From a virus: 36,001 nt of DNA. This document shows positions 35,985-36,001 of the stretch, piece after piece. The stretch is taken from the UHGV virus genome UHGV-0251319. The stretch is one strand, 5' to 3'. The notes under the pieces were generated by a model. The model did no database searches, was not told the origin of the DNA, and was given only the letters and a program-made list of their open reading frames with translations. Position 1 is the stretch's first letter. Each line of letters starts with the position of its first letter. The position numbers and the translations under genes are program-made.

Positions 35985-36001
35985 GCCTTCCTCAAATTGT
36001 A

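Overview
This window reads as one complete temperate siphovirus genome from a low-GC Firmicutes host, probably an Enterococcus/Lactococcus-type member of Lactobacillales, judged from AT-rich codon usage and the ArpU, TP901-1/BppU-type tail, LysM endolysin and PBSX-like lysis cassette. The host call is inference. The sequence appears circularly closed: the head-tail connector gene at the 3' end (35748..35984, minus strand) continues in frame across the window junction into bases 36..1, starting at an ATG immediately after the capsid stop codon. Gene order on the minus strand is: cro-like repressor, antirepressor, early genes (YqaJ exonuclease, RecT, DnaD-like replisome organiser with internal iterons, RusA), a methyltransferase island (a truncated C5-MTase-like gene, a Type I-like HsdM gene and a half-HsdS gene), YopX, DUF1642, ArpU late regulator, tRNA-Trp, HNH endonuclease, a putative cos region, TerS and TerL, portal, prohead protease, capsid, then (across the junction) connectors, major tail protein, a G/GT chaperone with a -1 frameshift candidate, tape measure, Dit, Tal (lysozyme-like plus CHAP), BppU, tail fibres, XkdW/XkdX/XhlA-like proteins, holin, and a signal-peptide GH25-LysM endolysin. 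The plus strand carries the lysogeny module: CI-like repressor, ImmA metalloprotease, a compact 6TM voltage-gated K+ channel (S4 RxxR repeats, TVGYGD filter), a large serine integrase, and an attP-like inverted repeat. Highlights are (i) a duplicated about 55-nt leader in front of both methyltransferase genes, each with a 13-codon TTG-initiated uORF whose TGA stop overlaps the MTase ATG, an SD/anti-SD pairing, and two palindromes at identical positions but with different sequence; (ii) the prophage K+ channel co-located with the repressor; (iii) a lone NDT/DNPH1-like gene on the opposite strand with its own promoter inside the early operon.
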